A DNA stretch of 64,000 bases, taken from NCBI RefSeq assembly GCF_001194135.2, contig NC_068996.1, positions 25,273,122-25,337,121 on the forward strand. The letters run 5' to 3'. The DNA is from Octopus bimaculoides. Its lineage: Eukaryota. The position numbers and the translations under genes are program-made. The notes under the pieces are model-generated. The model made no database searches. It worked only from the letters and a program-made list of their open reading frames with translations, and was not told the DNA's origin. Each line of letters begins with the position of its first letter. The stretch's first letter is position 1. Of this stretch, positions 62,825 to 64,000 are shown in pieces.

Positions 62825-63068
62825 AAAGAAAATTGAAGAGATTGGCAAGATGACTGCCTTATCTCAGGAGGATATTATCTCCAACACCAGGACAGTTATT
62901 CAGGGATTAGAAACTCTGAAAAATGAACATAATCAAATACTCTATAGTCTCCTAAATTCTATGAAGACCATCAAGAAGGAGAATGGGGACACAAACTTAG
63001 TGGAAGAGAAAACAAATATTCTCAAGAAATCTGTAGATTCTATTGAACTGGGGCTTGGAGAAGCTCAG
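62825..63068 (+). CDS. KLC: Kinesin light chain, first large coding exon (start of the N-terminal heptad-repeat/KHC-binding region); the gene continues beyond the window
   Basis: Translation (x)KKIEEIGKMTALSQEDIISNTRTVIQGLETLKNEHNQILYSLLNSMKTIKKENGDTNLVEEKTNILKKSVDSIELGLGEAQ matches the KLC N-terminal pattern (SQ.EII..T..VIQGL..LKNEH...IELGLGEAQ). Polypyrimidine tract plus TGCAG acceptor ends at 62824; donor CAG|GTACGA at 63069. The 244 nt enter in phase 2 and exit in phase 0. The conserved Met is at 62850. Confidence 0.97.
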
Positions 63069-64000
63069 GTACGACCACTTTTTTGTTTCATATTTCTTTC
63101 CTTTCCTATACAAAGATTTTTTTTTTCTGTTTTGATTTTTTTTTTATAAAATCAAGCTCATGCTTTATATTTCATTGTATTTAGTTTTAAGATTATGATA
63201 TTGAATTTCTCTTTTGAAGTATGCTGAATGTTTATTTTATTACAGCCATTTTATATCTGTTATTGAGTAGATAAAAAAGGAAAAAAATCATCTATTTCAC
63301 TTCTGCACCAGTATCCCTGTGTCTTGTAGGTCTTTATTTATGATGGTCTTTTAACTTGTATTTTTAGAACAAGCCACTTAAACTGTTGTTACAGTGTCAT
63401 GTAGAATTAAGAAATCTTATTTGAGCATAATCTCCCAAATTATCTGTTTTAATATTGCTGGCTTATGGATTAGATTTATCTTTTTAAAAAATTTTCCAAA
63501 TTATGTTTTATTATACAAAGATGTTTAACTATTAAGGAAAAAATATTTTGATTTTTATCATTAAACCCTAATGTCTTTTCATTTTTTTTTCATTTTCTTT
63601 TTACTTTTTCCCTCCCATTGAGGACTTACTTTTGGAAGCAATGTCAGTGGTTTTCAGGTTCTTAGGAATAATTCTTCAGTGATTCAAGAGAAACGGGATT
63701 TCACAAGTGTTCTTATTAATCTTCAGTACATAAATGTTTTTCTCCTATATTTGTTGAAATTATATATTCAAGGTTATTAATACTTTCAAGGTATCAATCA
63801 ACCTGAAGCTATGGTTGAAGGCACTTGCTTAGTGAGATTGAACCTGGAAACCTGGTTGTGAAGTGAACTTTTTATCAAAAGTAATTAACATGAATATAGG
63901 CAAAGCTGTATGATTATTTGCAATAGAGAAGTTGTCTGGCTCTGTGTAGCTGACATTTGTTTAACAATCATGATTGTGATGCCAGGATCAAATCCTGCTA

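Overview
This is AT-rich eukaryotic DNA from a draft assembly with 6 N-gaps. It is almost certainly an octopus genome, judged from the typical octopus SINE families and a cephalopod-type kinesin light chain. It holds the 5' ~62 kb of a + strand kinesin light chain (KLC) gene. The first large coding exon is 62825-63068 (KKIEEIGKMTALSQEDII...ELGLGEAQ). A phase-2 start exon at 54540-54574 (MEVTQTVKSYR) joins it to give an N-terminus matching, from my memory, the published squid KLC start. The main novel lead is five tiny candidate exons of 30, 42, 13, 14 and 12 nt, spread over 4968-36546. They splice into one stop-free frame continuous with the KLC exon: MGAVYRPCEITMENKELEERWRLQDPLTTYLLR-KKIEEIGKM. 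Three of them share microexon-type regulatory motifs (TGC at the 3' splice site, ACTAAT 30-60 nt downstream). These exons are predicted by eye and need RNA evidence. The remainder is intron: many tRNA-derived SINEs (some in close inverted pairs), a decayed DD34D mariner, a long-TIR element, a TTAA-flanked MITE and microsatellites. A CpG-rich promoter region with an unexplained degenerate repeat array lies at 1-2.1 kb. Nearly all ORFs in the supplied track are spurious. No rRNA, intact tRNA or CRISPR array was seen.
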